From: an uncultured Myxococcales bacterium
Lineage (GTDB): Bacteria; Myxococcota; UBA4151
NCBI GenBank assembly: GCA_964013405.1
Contig: CAXGWI010000001.1
Span: 32,001-96,000, forward strand
Direction of reading: 5' to 3'
DNA: 64,000 nt
The notes under the pieces are model-generated. The model saw only the letters and a program-made list of their open reading frames with translations, made no database searches and had not been told where the DNA came from. Shown here in pieces: positions 1-8,145 of the stretch; within the stretch, counting starts at the first letter, position 1; each line of letters opens with the position of its first letter. The translations under genes and the position numbers were made by a program.

Positions 1-999
1 GGGAAGAAAGGCGCTCTTGAAGCCCTGAATCACCAGGCGCTTGAGCTCGGTAAAGCTAAAGTTAAAGGTCTCGACGGCGAGCAGGTATTCGTCGGTCACC
101 GTCGTATCCGTGATCAGTCGATTATCCGTGCTGATCGCCAGGCGGAGGCCTGTATCGTAATAATGACGCAAGGGATGGTCCTCAAGCCGGGCGATCGCCC
201 GGGTCTGCAAGTTCGACTTTAAGCAGATCTCGATGGGGATCCGGCGGTCGTTAACGTAATTCAACAAACTCCCATCCTCGACGAGACGCACGCCGTGACC
301 GATGCGATGACTGCCACAGTAATGTAGGGCCTCATGGATGGACTCGGGTCCATCGGCTTCCCCCGCATGCAGCGTGCAGTTCATGTTGTTGTTACGAATC
401 AAATAGAAGGCTTCCCGGTGGTCTTTGGCCGGATGGTGGAGCTCCGCACCGGCCAGATCGAAGCCGACAACGCCCCGATCTTTGAAGCTGACGGCGAGTC
501 GAGCCAGGCGCAGGCTGGTGGGGGCGTCAATATTGCGCAATCCACAAATGATCAGCCCGGCCGAAACACCAAACTCCCGCCGCCCCCGGCGCAAGCCACT
601 CAGCACGCTCTCCACCACCGCATTTCGATCGAGGCCCTGCTCCAGATGTAATTCGGGACAGAATCGCACCTCGATGTAACGCACTCCGTCGTCATGGGCG
701 TCGGCGATCAGTTCGTAGGCGGCCCGCTCCAAAGCCCAGTCCGTTTGCAACACAGCGCAGGTGTACTTGAAGGCCACCAGGTAATCGACGAGATCCTCGC
801 AGATCTCCCCCCGGTGGATCGCCTTGGCAAGCCCCTCTTCGGTGTGGCTCGGCAACTCGACTCCCTGCTCCTGAGCGAGGTCGATGATGCTCGTGAGACG
901 CATGCTACCGTCGAGGTGACAGTGGAGGTCGGTCTTGGGCATGGACCGAATGAGCTCTCGAGTGACTTGAGGGTCGTTATTGGGAATGATTGTTCTCAT
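1..999 (-). CDS. add: Adenosine deaminase (3' end runs off the window)
   Basis: Manual translation, not in the ORF track: ATG at 999 after GGAG, MRTIIPNNDPQVTRELIRSMPKTDLHCHLDGSMR (HxH metal motif), later TLHAGE, HRIGHG, EICLKSN and ISTDN; the frame stays open to base 1 (..QGFKSAFLP). Confidence 0.93.
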   Translation of the reverse strand, partial: MRTIIPNNDPQVTRELIRSMPKTDLHCHLDGSMRLTSIIDLAQEQGVELPSHTEEGLAKAIHRGEICEDLVDYLVAFKYTCAVLQTDWALERAAYELIADAHDDGVRYIEVRFCPELHLEQGLDRNAVVESVLSGLRRGRREFGVSAGLIICGLRNIDAPTSLRLARLAVSFKDRGVVGFDLAGAELHHPAKDHREAFYLIRNNNMNCTLHAGEADGPESIHEALHYCGSHRIGHGVRLVEDGSLLNYVNDRRIPIEICLKSNLQTRAIARLEDHPLRHYYDTGLRLAISTDNRLITDTTVTDEYLLAVETFNFSFTELKRLVIQGFKSAFLP

Positions 1000-1048
1000 G
1001 GCCAAGCTCCCTCGCCCTTTAGGGCGCAAAGCGCAAGCAGCATGTGTT

Positions 1049-1111
1049 TGGCGCACCGCGTCATTTTTTCTTTGACACGGCGCGTCAAAGCCGATTTAAC
1101 GCACTGCGTCA
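1049..1111. promoter_or_regulatory. Three 15-bp pseudo-palindromic operator-like sites with a 24-bp period, overlapping a TTGACA -35
   Basis: TGGCGCACCGCGTCA (1049), TGACACGGCGCGTCA (1073), TAACGCACTGCGTCA (1097); TTGACA at 1072-1077. Confidence 0.7.
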
Positions 1112-1131
1112 TCAATGCCTTAGGAGGCACC

Positions 1132-1629
1132 ATGAGTAAGAAGCGTCAGAGTGTTGTGAAGAACATCATCGCCAAGGGCGAAGAACGTGTCACTGAGGTG
1201 CGCGAGCAAATCGCCAAGAGTGCGGAAGAACTCAAAGACAAGGTCAACAGTGCCGTCGAGTCGAGCCGTCACCGGGGCCAGGATCTCATCGAAAAGATCA
1301 ACATCGGCAAGGCTGTTGATCTCGAGACCCTCAAGAACCGCCTCGAAGGCCTTGAGCAAGACCTTGAGAGTCTCGTCAGCGATCTGCAAGAGCGCATCGG
1401 CGACCTGAGCCAACGAGTCGCCGATCTCCGCGGCGCCCGAGTGGTGACCGAAACGCCGGCGAACGAGCCTGCGGTGAACGAAGCGCCGGAAGTGGCCGTC
1501 GAAACCGCTGCCGACTTGGCCGAGAACACCGTGGTGGTCCTGCGGACCATCGCCGCCGAGCGCAACATCGACGTACCGCGTCGTATTCGCAAAGCGGAAC
1601 TGATCAATCTGATCCTGGCCAACAACTAG
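1132..1629 (+). CDS. Coiled-coil, phasin-like protein with a C-terminal Rho_N-like domain
   Basis: ATG at 1132 after AGGAGG (the ORF-track start at 694 is antisense to add); amphipathic and heptad helices, Pro/Glu/Ala linker, tail DLAENTVVVLRTIAAERNI..RIRKAELINLIL resembles Rho_N. Confidence 0.7.
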   Translation: MSKKRQSVVKNIIAKGEERVTEVREQIAKSAEELKDKVNSAVESSRHRGQDLIEKINIGKAVDLETLKNRLEGLEQDLESLVSDLQERIGDLSQRVADLRGARVVTETPANEPAVNEAPEVAVETAADLAENTVVVLRTIAAERNIDVPRRIRKAELINLILANN

Positions 1630-1664
1630 GCCGGTCAGCGGAATCACGGAGAGGGCACCAAGCG

Positions 1665-3527
1665 GTGCCCTTTTCGTTTTTTCGGCCCGAGCTGGTGGTG
1701 GCCAGGCCGCCCAGTTTATGGCATCGGGTTTTTGTGGGCACCCTCGACCTCGCTCTCTTGGTGATCATCACGCTGGGCACCCTGGCCCTGGGCTTGTTCG
1801 TCGGCCGAAAGCAGACCAGCGATACCGACGGCTTCCTCCTGGGGGGGCGTGACCTGCCATGGTGGCTTGCCGGCACCTCCATGGTTGCCACCACCTTTGC
1901 GGTCGACACCCCCCTGGTGGTGGCCGGCGTCACAGCCACCAAGGGCCTGGCTGGCAACTGGTTTTGGTGGGGCCTGCTCTTCTCTCACCTCTTGGTCACC
2001 TTCTTCCTGGCCGCCCGTTGGCAGGGCACCGGCTGCACAACAGATGCGGAGGTCGTCACCCTTCGTTACGGGGACAGTCCAACGGCCCTATGGATGCGGC
2101 GCCTCCGAGGGTTTTACTTTGCCCTCCCGATTAACCTCTTCGTCATGGGCTGGGTCCTCGCGGCCGGGGCCAAAGTGCTCGCCGTCATCCTCCCATGGGA
2201 ACGATGGTTGGGTTTCGCGACGATCGCCGAAATCGAGGTACGATGCGCGGGCATCACCTCCCTGTCCGGGAGCGCTGTCGTCAGCCTTTTCCTCTGCTTG
2301 GCCATTGGCCTGAGCTATTCGGCGACCTCCGGCCTCAAAGGGGTGGTGGTCACTGATCTCGTGCAATTCGCGTTGGCGATGATCGGTGGCATCGCTTTGA
2401 CCTGGGCAGCATTGCAGGTTGTCGGCGGTCCCGCCGCCCTCGGCAGTGCGCTGGAGGCCCGAGGCCAGGGCCTTCCTCCAGACCTCGCTGCCCTCAGCCT
2501 CCTGGGCGACCCCACCGGTCTATCGCTCCTCGACCGCTGGCAGCAAAGCCCCCCCCTCGGTGATCCCCTGGCATTGATCGGTGCCCACGGCGATCTCGCC
2601 CTCACCGCGCTCTTGGTGAGTTGGTGGGCCAACAAGAACGCGGACGGTGGCGGGGTCCTGATCCAACGGACGCTGGCCTGCAAGAACCCCCGCCAGGGCT
2701 TCTTCGCCTTGGCCTGGTTCAGTGCAGCCCATTACCTGCTCCGCCCTTGGCTCTGGGTGGTGGTGGGCTGGGCCGCGATCGTGTTGCTGCCCGGCCCCCC
2801 TCAAGACGGCTGGGAGTCGACGTATCCGCAGATGCTGACCACCCTGCTTCCCGCCGGCTGGCTGGGGCTCGCCGGCGCAGGACTGGTGGCGGCCCTCATT
2901 TCGACCGCCGACACCCATCTCCATTGGGGGGCCTCCTATCTGGCCAACGACCTCACCCCGGCTCGAGCGACCGCGGCCACTCGCCTACGAGTCGCCCGGT
3001 GGGGACAGGTGATCATGGCCCTCCTCGCCGCGGTCATCGCCCTGCAAATGGATTCGATCGCCCAGGCCTGGAAGGTCCTCCTTGTCCTGGGCGCGGGCCT
3101 CGGCCCCCCCACCCTCCTTCGATGGTTCTGGTGGCGGGTTTCGGCCCAGGCAGAGCTGGCTGCGTTTCTGATCGGCAGCCTCTGTGCTGCCTGGGTCCTG
3201 TGGGGTTTCGACAGCCCGCCCTCCTACGCCATGCAGATGCTCAGCGTGGGCGGCGCCGGACTCCTAGCCACGGTGGTGGCCTCCCTGATATGGCCTGCGG
3301 ATCGGGCCCGGGCAGAGCAATTTTTCCAACAGGTCCAGCCGGGGACCTCGGGAGGGCAGAGCGCCCTGGGTTTCGCTGGCGCTGCGGTCTGCCTCCTGGG
3401 CGGCACCGCCGGCCTCGCTGCCGCATTCACAGGCTCAAGCATCGGCTGGATTTTGGGTCTCGGCGGTCTGCTCGGCTACGGGCTCGTCGTCCGCTGGTAC
3501 GGCCAGCAACTCCAGGGTGAGTCCTAA
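1665..3527 (+). CDS. Sodium:solute symporter family protein (true start probably near 1735)
   Basis: FLLGGRDLPWWLAGTSMVATTFAVDTP and QRTLACK motifs; many TM helices. Confidence 0.88.
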   Translation: MPFSFFRPELVVARPPSLWHRVFVGTLDLALLVIITLGTLALGLFVGRKQTSDTDGFLLGGRDLPWWLAGTSMVATTFAVDTPLVVAGVTATKGLAGNWFWWGLLFSHLLVTFFLAARWQGTGCTTDAEVVTLRYGDSPTALWMRRLRGFYFALPINLFVMGWVLAAGAKVLAVILPWERWLGFATIAEIEVRCAGITSLSGSAVVSLFLCLAIGLSYSATSGLKGVVVTDLVQFALAMIGGIALTWAALQVVGGPAALGSALEARGQGLPPDLAALSLLGDPTGLSLLDRWQQSPPLGDPLALIGAHGDLALTALLVSWWANKNADGGGVLIQRTLACKNPRQGFFALAWFSAAHYLLRPWLWVVVGWAAIVLLPGPPQDGWESTYPQMLTTLLPAGWLGLAGAGLVAALISTADTHLHWGASYLANDLTPARATAATRLRVARWGQVIMALLAAVIALQMDSIAQAWKVLLVLGAGLGPPTLLRWFWWRVSAQAELAAFLIGSLCAAWVLWGFDSPPSYAMQMLSVGGAGLLATVVASLIWPADRARAEQFFQQVQPGTSGGQSALGFAGAAVCLLGGTAGLAAAFTGSSIGWILGLGGLLGYGLVVRWYGQQLQGES

Positions 3528-4432
3528 GACGGCTTCCCAGCCTTCGCTTCCAGACTGGTGGTCACAAGAAGCGTGAGTGCGTCCTTTTCGAAGCGATAGT
3601 TATGACCGCAATAATGGCAGGTGATCTCCGCGTAGCCAGGCTCGGCTGCGAGGGACAGCAGGTCGGCCTCCCCCAAAAGCAGCAGGGTGCTCGAAGCCCG
3701 CTCCAAACTGCAGCGACAACGAAACTCAAGGGGCTGCTCATCGAGCACCTCGACAGCAAAGTCGCCGGCGAGTTCGGCCAACAAGGTCTCGGCCGAAGCT
3801 GTGAGCGGGAGACTTCGAACCAAACGCCCAACGGCATCGAATGCGTAGGGGTCATGATCGGGCAGGCCCAGTAGGCAGGCCCCCTGGGCCCGCACCACAT
3901 TAAGTTGCTCTTCCTCTTCATCTTTCGCCCGCAAGGCCACCTCGAGGCCAAAGGCACTGCGCTCACCCTCACTCCGTTCGATCACGAGTTCCAAATCCCG
4001 GTCGACCCCACCGGTGGCAAGATCGGTTTGCCCCTGCTCAAGCCGCCCGCCCTCCATCTCTCGCACGGTACCGACCACCCCTTGCCGCCCCAAACCAGCG
4101 TGGGCGAGGCGGTCCATATCCTGGAGGGGAAAACGGATGGTGGGCACGTGGACATAGCCCCGCACTGCCCCACCGGCGTATGCGTCGGCCACCAAGCCCC
4201 GCAAAGGCCCCTGACTGCTGAACTGCAGGGTGAGGCGCTCGCTCTTGGGACGCTGGTGCAGGAGCAGAACCGCCCCCATCAGGGCCCGACCCAAAGGCAC
4301 GGCGGCCCCGGCCCGTAACTGATGCCGGGCGATCGCTTCAGCCACACTGCGGCGGGCATCGACCACGGTGAGACGGAGGCCTGGGTCCGGTAATAATGCC
4401 CGAATCACGCGATCACTCAAGGCGAACTCCAT
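3524..4432 (-). CDS. hslO: Hsp33 redox-regulated chaperone
   Basis: C-terminal CRCS...CHYC zinc motif; GAVRGYV. Confidence 0.92.
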   Translation of the reverse strand: MEFALSDRVIRALLPDPGLRLTVVDARRSVAEAIARHQLRAGAAVPLGRALMGAVLLLHQRPKSERLTLQFSSQGPLRGLVADAYAGGAVRGYVHVPTIRFPLQDMDRLAHAGLGRQGVVGTVREMEGGRLEQGQTDLATGGVDRDLELVIERSEGERSAFGLEVALRAKDEEEEQLNVVRAQGACLLGLPDHDPYAFDAVGRLVRSLPLTASAETLLAELAGDFAVEVLDEQPLEFRCRCSLERASSTLLLLGEADLLSLAAEPGYAEITCHYCGHNYRFEKDALTLLVTTSLEAKAGKPS

Positions 4433-5376
4433 CGCTGCAAGACGCTGCGCAGTTGCCCCAACACAGCCCGGGTGGGAAGGGGGCTTTCTTCCCGCTCCAG
4501 ACGCAGGCCGTTTGCAGCGAGCCGTACACTTAAGCCCTCATGACCTGGCACAGGGAAGGGCCCGTCTGCGGACGGCAAGCGCGCCAGCAACTCACTGAGA
4601 CGGGGCTCCCAATCCGCCCCCGTCACCAGAACCAGTCGGATCCGCTGGGCCGTCATTTCGATACCAAAACCGCCACCATTGAGGCGAAGGGCCCATAGCA
4701 ATCGCTGACCATCTCCCCAGGACAACACCTGGCGTCCGTAATTCGGATCCTTGCCGTAGCGCATCGTTAACTGCCAGCGTCCAAAGTCTGCGACAGGCGC
4801 CTCTTTGACGGTCAATTCGATGCCCAGCCAGTCCCCCTCCGTGCCGGCCACAGCTCGAAGTGATTCGACCTCAAGGGCTCGCTGGGCCTGGGGGATCGCC
4901 AGTAGATCCCCCAGGCCCTGAAGATCCGTCTCCCCCGGCTTCCAGCCCTCCGGGCCCAGCCCTTCGACAGGCCAAACACCGTCGACAAGATCCCGACCAA
5001 ACAGGCGAAAGGTCAGGGGCACCAACTGGGCACGATCACCGACGTCGTGGGGGCCTTCTAAGTCGGGGCATTGACCACTGGGCACGGGCGCCCGGCCCAA
5101 GGGAACCTGGATGCGGCATGGGGCCGAAACAAAGGTAAAATCGCTCAGCTCAGTCCCCGAAGGCATCAACCCGGCGTAGGGCCGAAGTTGCTCAAGGGTC
5201 CCGGCATGCTGCCAGCGGAAGGATGGTGGGAGCGCGATGGAAGAGGGCAATTCCACCGGCCCCGCATCAACTTGCTGCTCAGGCCCATCAACCGGGAGAT
5301 CGGGACTGCTGCGGGTTAGCCAGAATGCGGGCACGCACGCGCCCAGCAACATCGCCAAAAGAAGATGACGCCTCAT
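4417..5376 (-). CDS. Hypothetical exported or membrane-anchored protein
   Basis: Start MRRHLLLAMLLG overlaps the upstream stop (ATGA); coupled within the operon; no family recognised. Confidence 0.6.
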   Translation of the reverse strand: MRRHLLLAMLLGACVPAFWLTRSSPDLPVDGPEQQVDAGPVELPSSIALPPSFRWQHAGTLEQLRPYAGLMPSGTELSDFTFVSAPCRIQVPLGRAPVPSGQCPDLEGPHDVGDRAQLVPLTFRLFGRDLVDGVWPVEGLGPEGWKPGETDLQGLGDLLAIPQAQRALEVESLRAVAGTEGDWLGIELTVKEAPVADFGRWQLTMRYGKDPNYGRQVLSWGDGQRLLWALRLNGGGFGIEMTAQRIRLVLVTGADWEPRLSELLARLPSADGPFPVPGHEGLSVRLAANGLRLEREESPLPTRAVLGQLRSVLQRWSSP

Positions 5377-6626
5377 GGTGAGGTCCCAGAAGTCAGCCAT
5401 TCCGGCTGGTCCGGCAAGTCCACCTCACCCCGAAGAAACGGTAGTTCTCGAGCCACCCGAGCCAAGAACGGCTTGCGAAGGGCCGGCTTCAAAGGGGCAC
5501 CCTTGGGAAACTTCTGCCGCAAGGGGTCCACGTAGCGGCCGTTCTTCTTCATCCCAAAATGCAGGTGGGGCCCCGTGGATCGGCCGGTCGTGCCAACGCG
5601 GCCGATCACCTGGCGCTGGCCCACCCACTGGCCCTTGGCCACGTGAATCCGGCTCAGATGGGCATAGATCGTGACGTAGCCATTGCTATGGGCGATCACG
5701 ACGAGTTTGCCGCTGGCACCAGCCCAGCCGGCATGGGTAACGCGCCCTTTCGCAACGGACCAAACAGGCGTCCCTGTGGGCGCCCCGTAATCGACACCAT
5801 TGTGCTTTTTACGTTTCCCCAAGACGGGATGGAAGCGCATGCCATAACTCGACGTAATTCGGGTGAGTTCCATCGGGTTTCGCAAGAATGCCCGCTCCAT
5901 CGTCCGGCCCTTTTCATCGAACACGCCAAAGCCTGGCCCTTGTTTCATTTTAAAGCCGAGCAAGGGGCCATGGACCCGCGATTTGTACAGCCCCGATAAA
6001 ACCCGTCCATACTCACGAAAAACACCATCGATGTAGATCTTCTCCACCAACATGGCGAACTCATCGCCCACTCGCTGTTGGCGATAGAAGTCCATCTGCC
6101 AACCAAAGAGCCGATCGAACTCATTCACCAGGGTTGGGAACTCACCCAGTTGGTCGACCGCGAGGCTCAGTGTGCCGCCCTCCTCGATGCGCCCCTGGAT
6201 GCGCGCGAGCTTCCGCTCACTGGCGAAGGCGACCTCTCGCTTCTTCCAAGCCTCATCCTGGCGTTCGAATCTAAAGACCGATGGCCGCTCCGTCACATAC
6301 TGGCGTCGCAGTTCAATCCAGTCCAACCGAGCCCCTGTTGTCCGGAACGAGACCCAGAGTTGGTCCGAGAGGTTGCGGAAGTTCACCCCATCGGGGCGCT
6401 CCTTTTTCAATCGTCGCGTCGCCAGGTAGAACTGCTCCGCCTCACCGTATTCCAGTCCTTCGGTGACCAGAGCATCCACAAAGGTACGCTTACCGAGTTG
6501 AAAGCTCTTAAGACGGACCGCTGCCACAGCGTTGGGCTGTTCGCCCGCATCAACGAGGGTCGGTGACCCCCCATCGACAGATGCCGGCGCCTGGATGGAC
6601 GCGAAAAAGAGCAGGGAAGCGATCAA
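5373..6626 (-). CDS. M23 family peptidoglycan DD-metalloendopeptidase (MepM-like)
   Basis: HNGVD (HxxxD) and STGPHLHF (HxH) motifs; signal peptide. Confidence 0.92.
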   Translation of the reverse strand: MIASLLFFASIQAPASVDGGSPTLVDAGEQPNAVAAVRLKSFQLGKRTFVDALVTEGLEYGEAEQFYLATRRLKKERPDGVNFRNLSDQLWVSFRTTGARLDWIELRRQYVTERPSVFRFERQDEAWKKREVAFASERKLARIQGRIEEGGTLSLAVDQLGEFPTLVNEFDRLFGWQMDFYRQQRVGDEFAMLVEKIYIDGVFREYGRVLSGLYKSRVHGPLLGFKMKQGPGFGVFDEKGRTMERAFLRNPMELTRITSSYGMRFHPVLGKRKKHNGVDYGAPTGTPVWSVAKGRVTHAGWAGASGKLVVIAHSNGYVTIYAHLSRIHVAKGQWVGQRQVIGRVGTTGRSTGPHLHFGMKKNGRYVDPLRQKFPKGAPLKPALRKPFLARVARELPFLRGEVDLPDQPEWLTSGTSP

Positions 6627-7750
6627 CGGCCACTGCGCTTCTTACGGAAGTACTCGATCTGCCACTTGCGCACTGCCCGGTTATGACAACGCAGCGTGGG
6701 ACAAAACTCATGGGTTCGGTCGTTGCGACTCACGAAATAAAGGTTCCGACTCACATTGGGCGTCACCGCAGCTCGGATCGCCTCTGCCCCAGGTGCCGCA
6801 ATGGGGGTCACCGGCAAGCCATGGTGAACATAAAGGTTCCATGGGTGGGGGTTCAGAATGTCCCGCCGCCGAATATCGCCGCGGTAGTCGACGAGACCAT
6901 AGATGATGGTGGGATCGGTCTGCAGCTTCATTCCGAGGCGCAAACGATTGTGAAAAACAGCGGAGATTTCAGGGCGCTCCGAAGGCGCTGCGGTCTCCTT
7001 CTCGACCACACTGGCAAGCTTCAAGACCGTCGTCTCTTTCCAACCATGGCGCCGCATTCCCTCTTGAATCTCGGGCCGCGCGAGGACCGCCTGGGTCTGG
7101 CGCACCATGATCTCCAACATCTTCCGCTCCGTGGTGCCCTTCGGTAGGTCGTAGCGAGTCGGGAAGAGCCAGCCTTCAAAACGCTCAGCCTGGGGATGGT
7201 TGGCAATCTGAGCCGGCAACTTCGGCAGGCCAAGTCCATCGGCGAACTCGGCGGAACGGGTCGCAGTACGCAAGGTCTTGTAGTCGAAGAGGGGGCTCTC
7301 ACCGAGCTTTTTGCAGATCTCGTCGACCCGCAGCCCTTCGGGAACCGTCACCGGATAGGTGATCACCTTGCCACTGGCTAGATGCTCCAGAAGCTCCAAG
7401 AGTCCCCAACCGCTCTCCACCCGGTACTCGCCCACCTTCACCACAGGCAGTTGGCCGCCGCTGCGTTCATGGAGACGAAGGGCAAGCCAACGCCAGTCGG
7501 CCTCGTTGAGTCGACCAAAGCCCACCCAGGCCCATGGAATCTCGTCGCTGATGCCCTGGCGCTGCAAACGGCGGAGTACCCCGCGGGTACTCATGCCTTT
7601 ATCCACGACAAAGTGATGCTCCTCATCGAGGACGCTGAGCGGTTGTTCCAGCAAGCTCGTGACCTTGCCATGGAGCCAATAAGCGCCAGCCCCTGCGGCC
7701 ATCATGCCGACCACAAGGAGGATGATGAGTCCCTTCAGTAGACCTTTCAT
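6623..7750 (-). CDS. mltG: Endolytic transglycosylase MltG (YceG family)
   Basis: N-terminal TM; LASVVEKE catalytic Glu; LQTDPT; GLPVTPI; LYFVS. Confidence 0.95.
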   Translation of the reverse strand: MKGLLKGLIILLVVGMMAAGAGAYWLHGKVTSLLEQPLSVLDEEHHFVVDKGMSTRGVLRRLQRQGISDEIPWAWVGFGRLNEADWRWLALRLHERSGGQLPVVKVGEYRVESGWGLLELLEHLASGKVITYPVTVPEGLRVDEICKKLGESPLFDYKTLRTATRSAEFADGLGLPKLPAQIANHPQAERFEGWLFPTRYDLPKGTTERKMLEIMVRQTQAVLARPEIQEGMRRHGWKETTVLKLASVVEKETAAPSERPEISAVFHNRLRLGMKLQTDPTIIYGLVDYRGDIRRRDILNPHPWNLYVHHGLPVTPIAAPGAEAIRAAVTPNVSRNLYFVSRNDRTHEFCPTLRCHNRAVRKWQIEYFRKKRSGR

Positions 7751-8145
7751 CGGTTCCGCGTTCGCTCCGGCAGCCAGGGGCCTTGGACAAGGTATCGTTC
7801 TAAAATGAGGCCTGCAGCCCGAGCATCAAGCCCTTTAGATCCCGGTCGCTGCATTGCCTCATCCGTCGTGCCCGACTCATCGACAAATTCTACCGGGAGT
7901 TCAAGCGCAGCCGCCATCGCCCGGGCCTCACGACGTACCTTTTTAGCGGCACCGGCCAGCTTGCCGGCACGCAGCGGCAGGCCATAAACGAGGCTGTCGA
8001 TCTCCAGTTCACGGATCCATCGCCGAAGCGCGGCCTCGAGGCCGGCCGTCTCGACCACCTCAAGGGGCTCGACCATGCCCCCCGGGCCGCACCAGGCGAT
8101 ACCGGTCTTTCGCTCGCCGAGATCCACGGCGAGAAGACGAGTCAA
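7747..8145 (-). CDS. ruvX: Holliday junction resolvase-like / pre-16S rRNA nuclease YqgF
   Basis: LLAVDLG, VYGLP, VDE.GTT, DARAA.LIL; adjacent to mltG. Confidence 0.88.
   Translation of the reverse strand: MTRLLAVDLGERKTGIAWCGPGGMVEPLEVVETAGLEAALRRWIRELEIDSLVYGLPLRAGKLAGAAKKVRREARAMAAALELPVEFVDESGTTDEAMQRPGSKGLDARAAGLILERYLVQGPWLPERTRNR

Noticed and set aside
1049..1111. Mini-CRISPR or iteron array
   Set aside because: 15-bp degenerate units with 9-bp spacers and no cas or rep genes; an operator array fits better
694..1131. N-terminal extension of the 311-aa ORF 694..1629
   Set aside because: It is antisense to add and crosses the intergenic operators; the strong RBS supports ATG 1132
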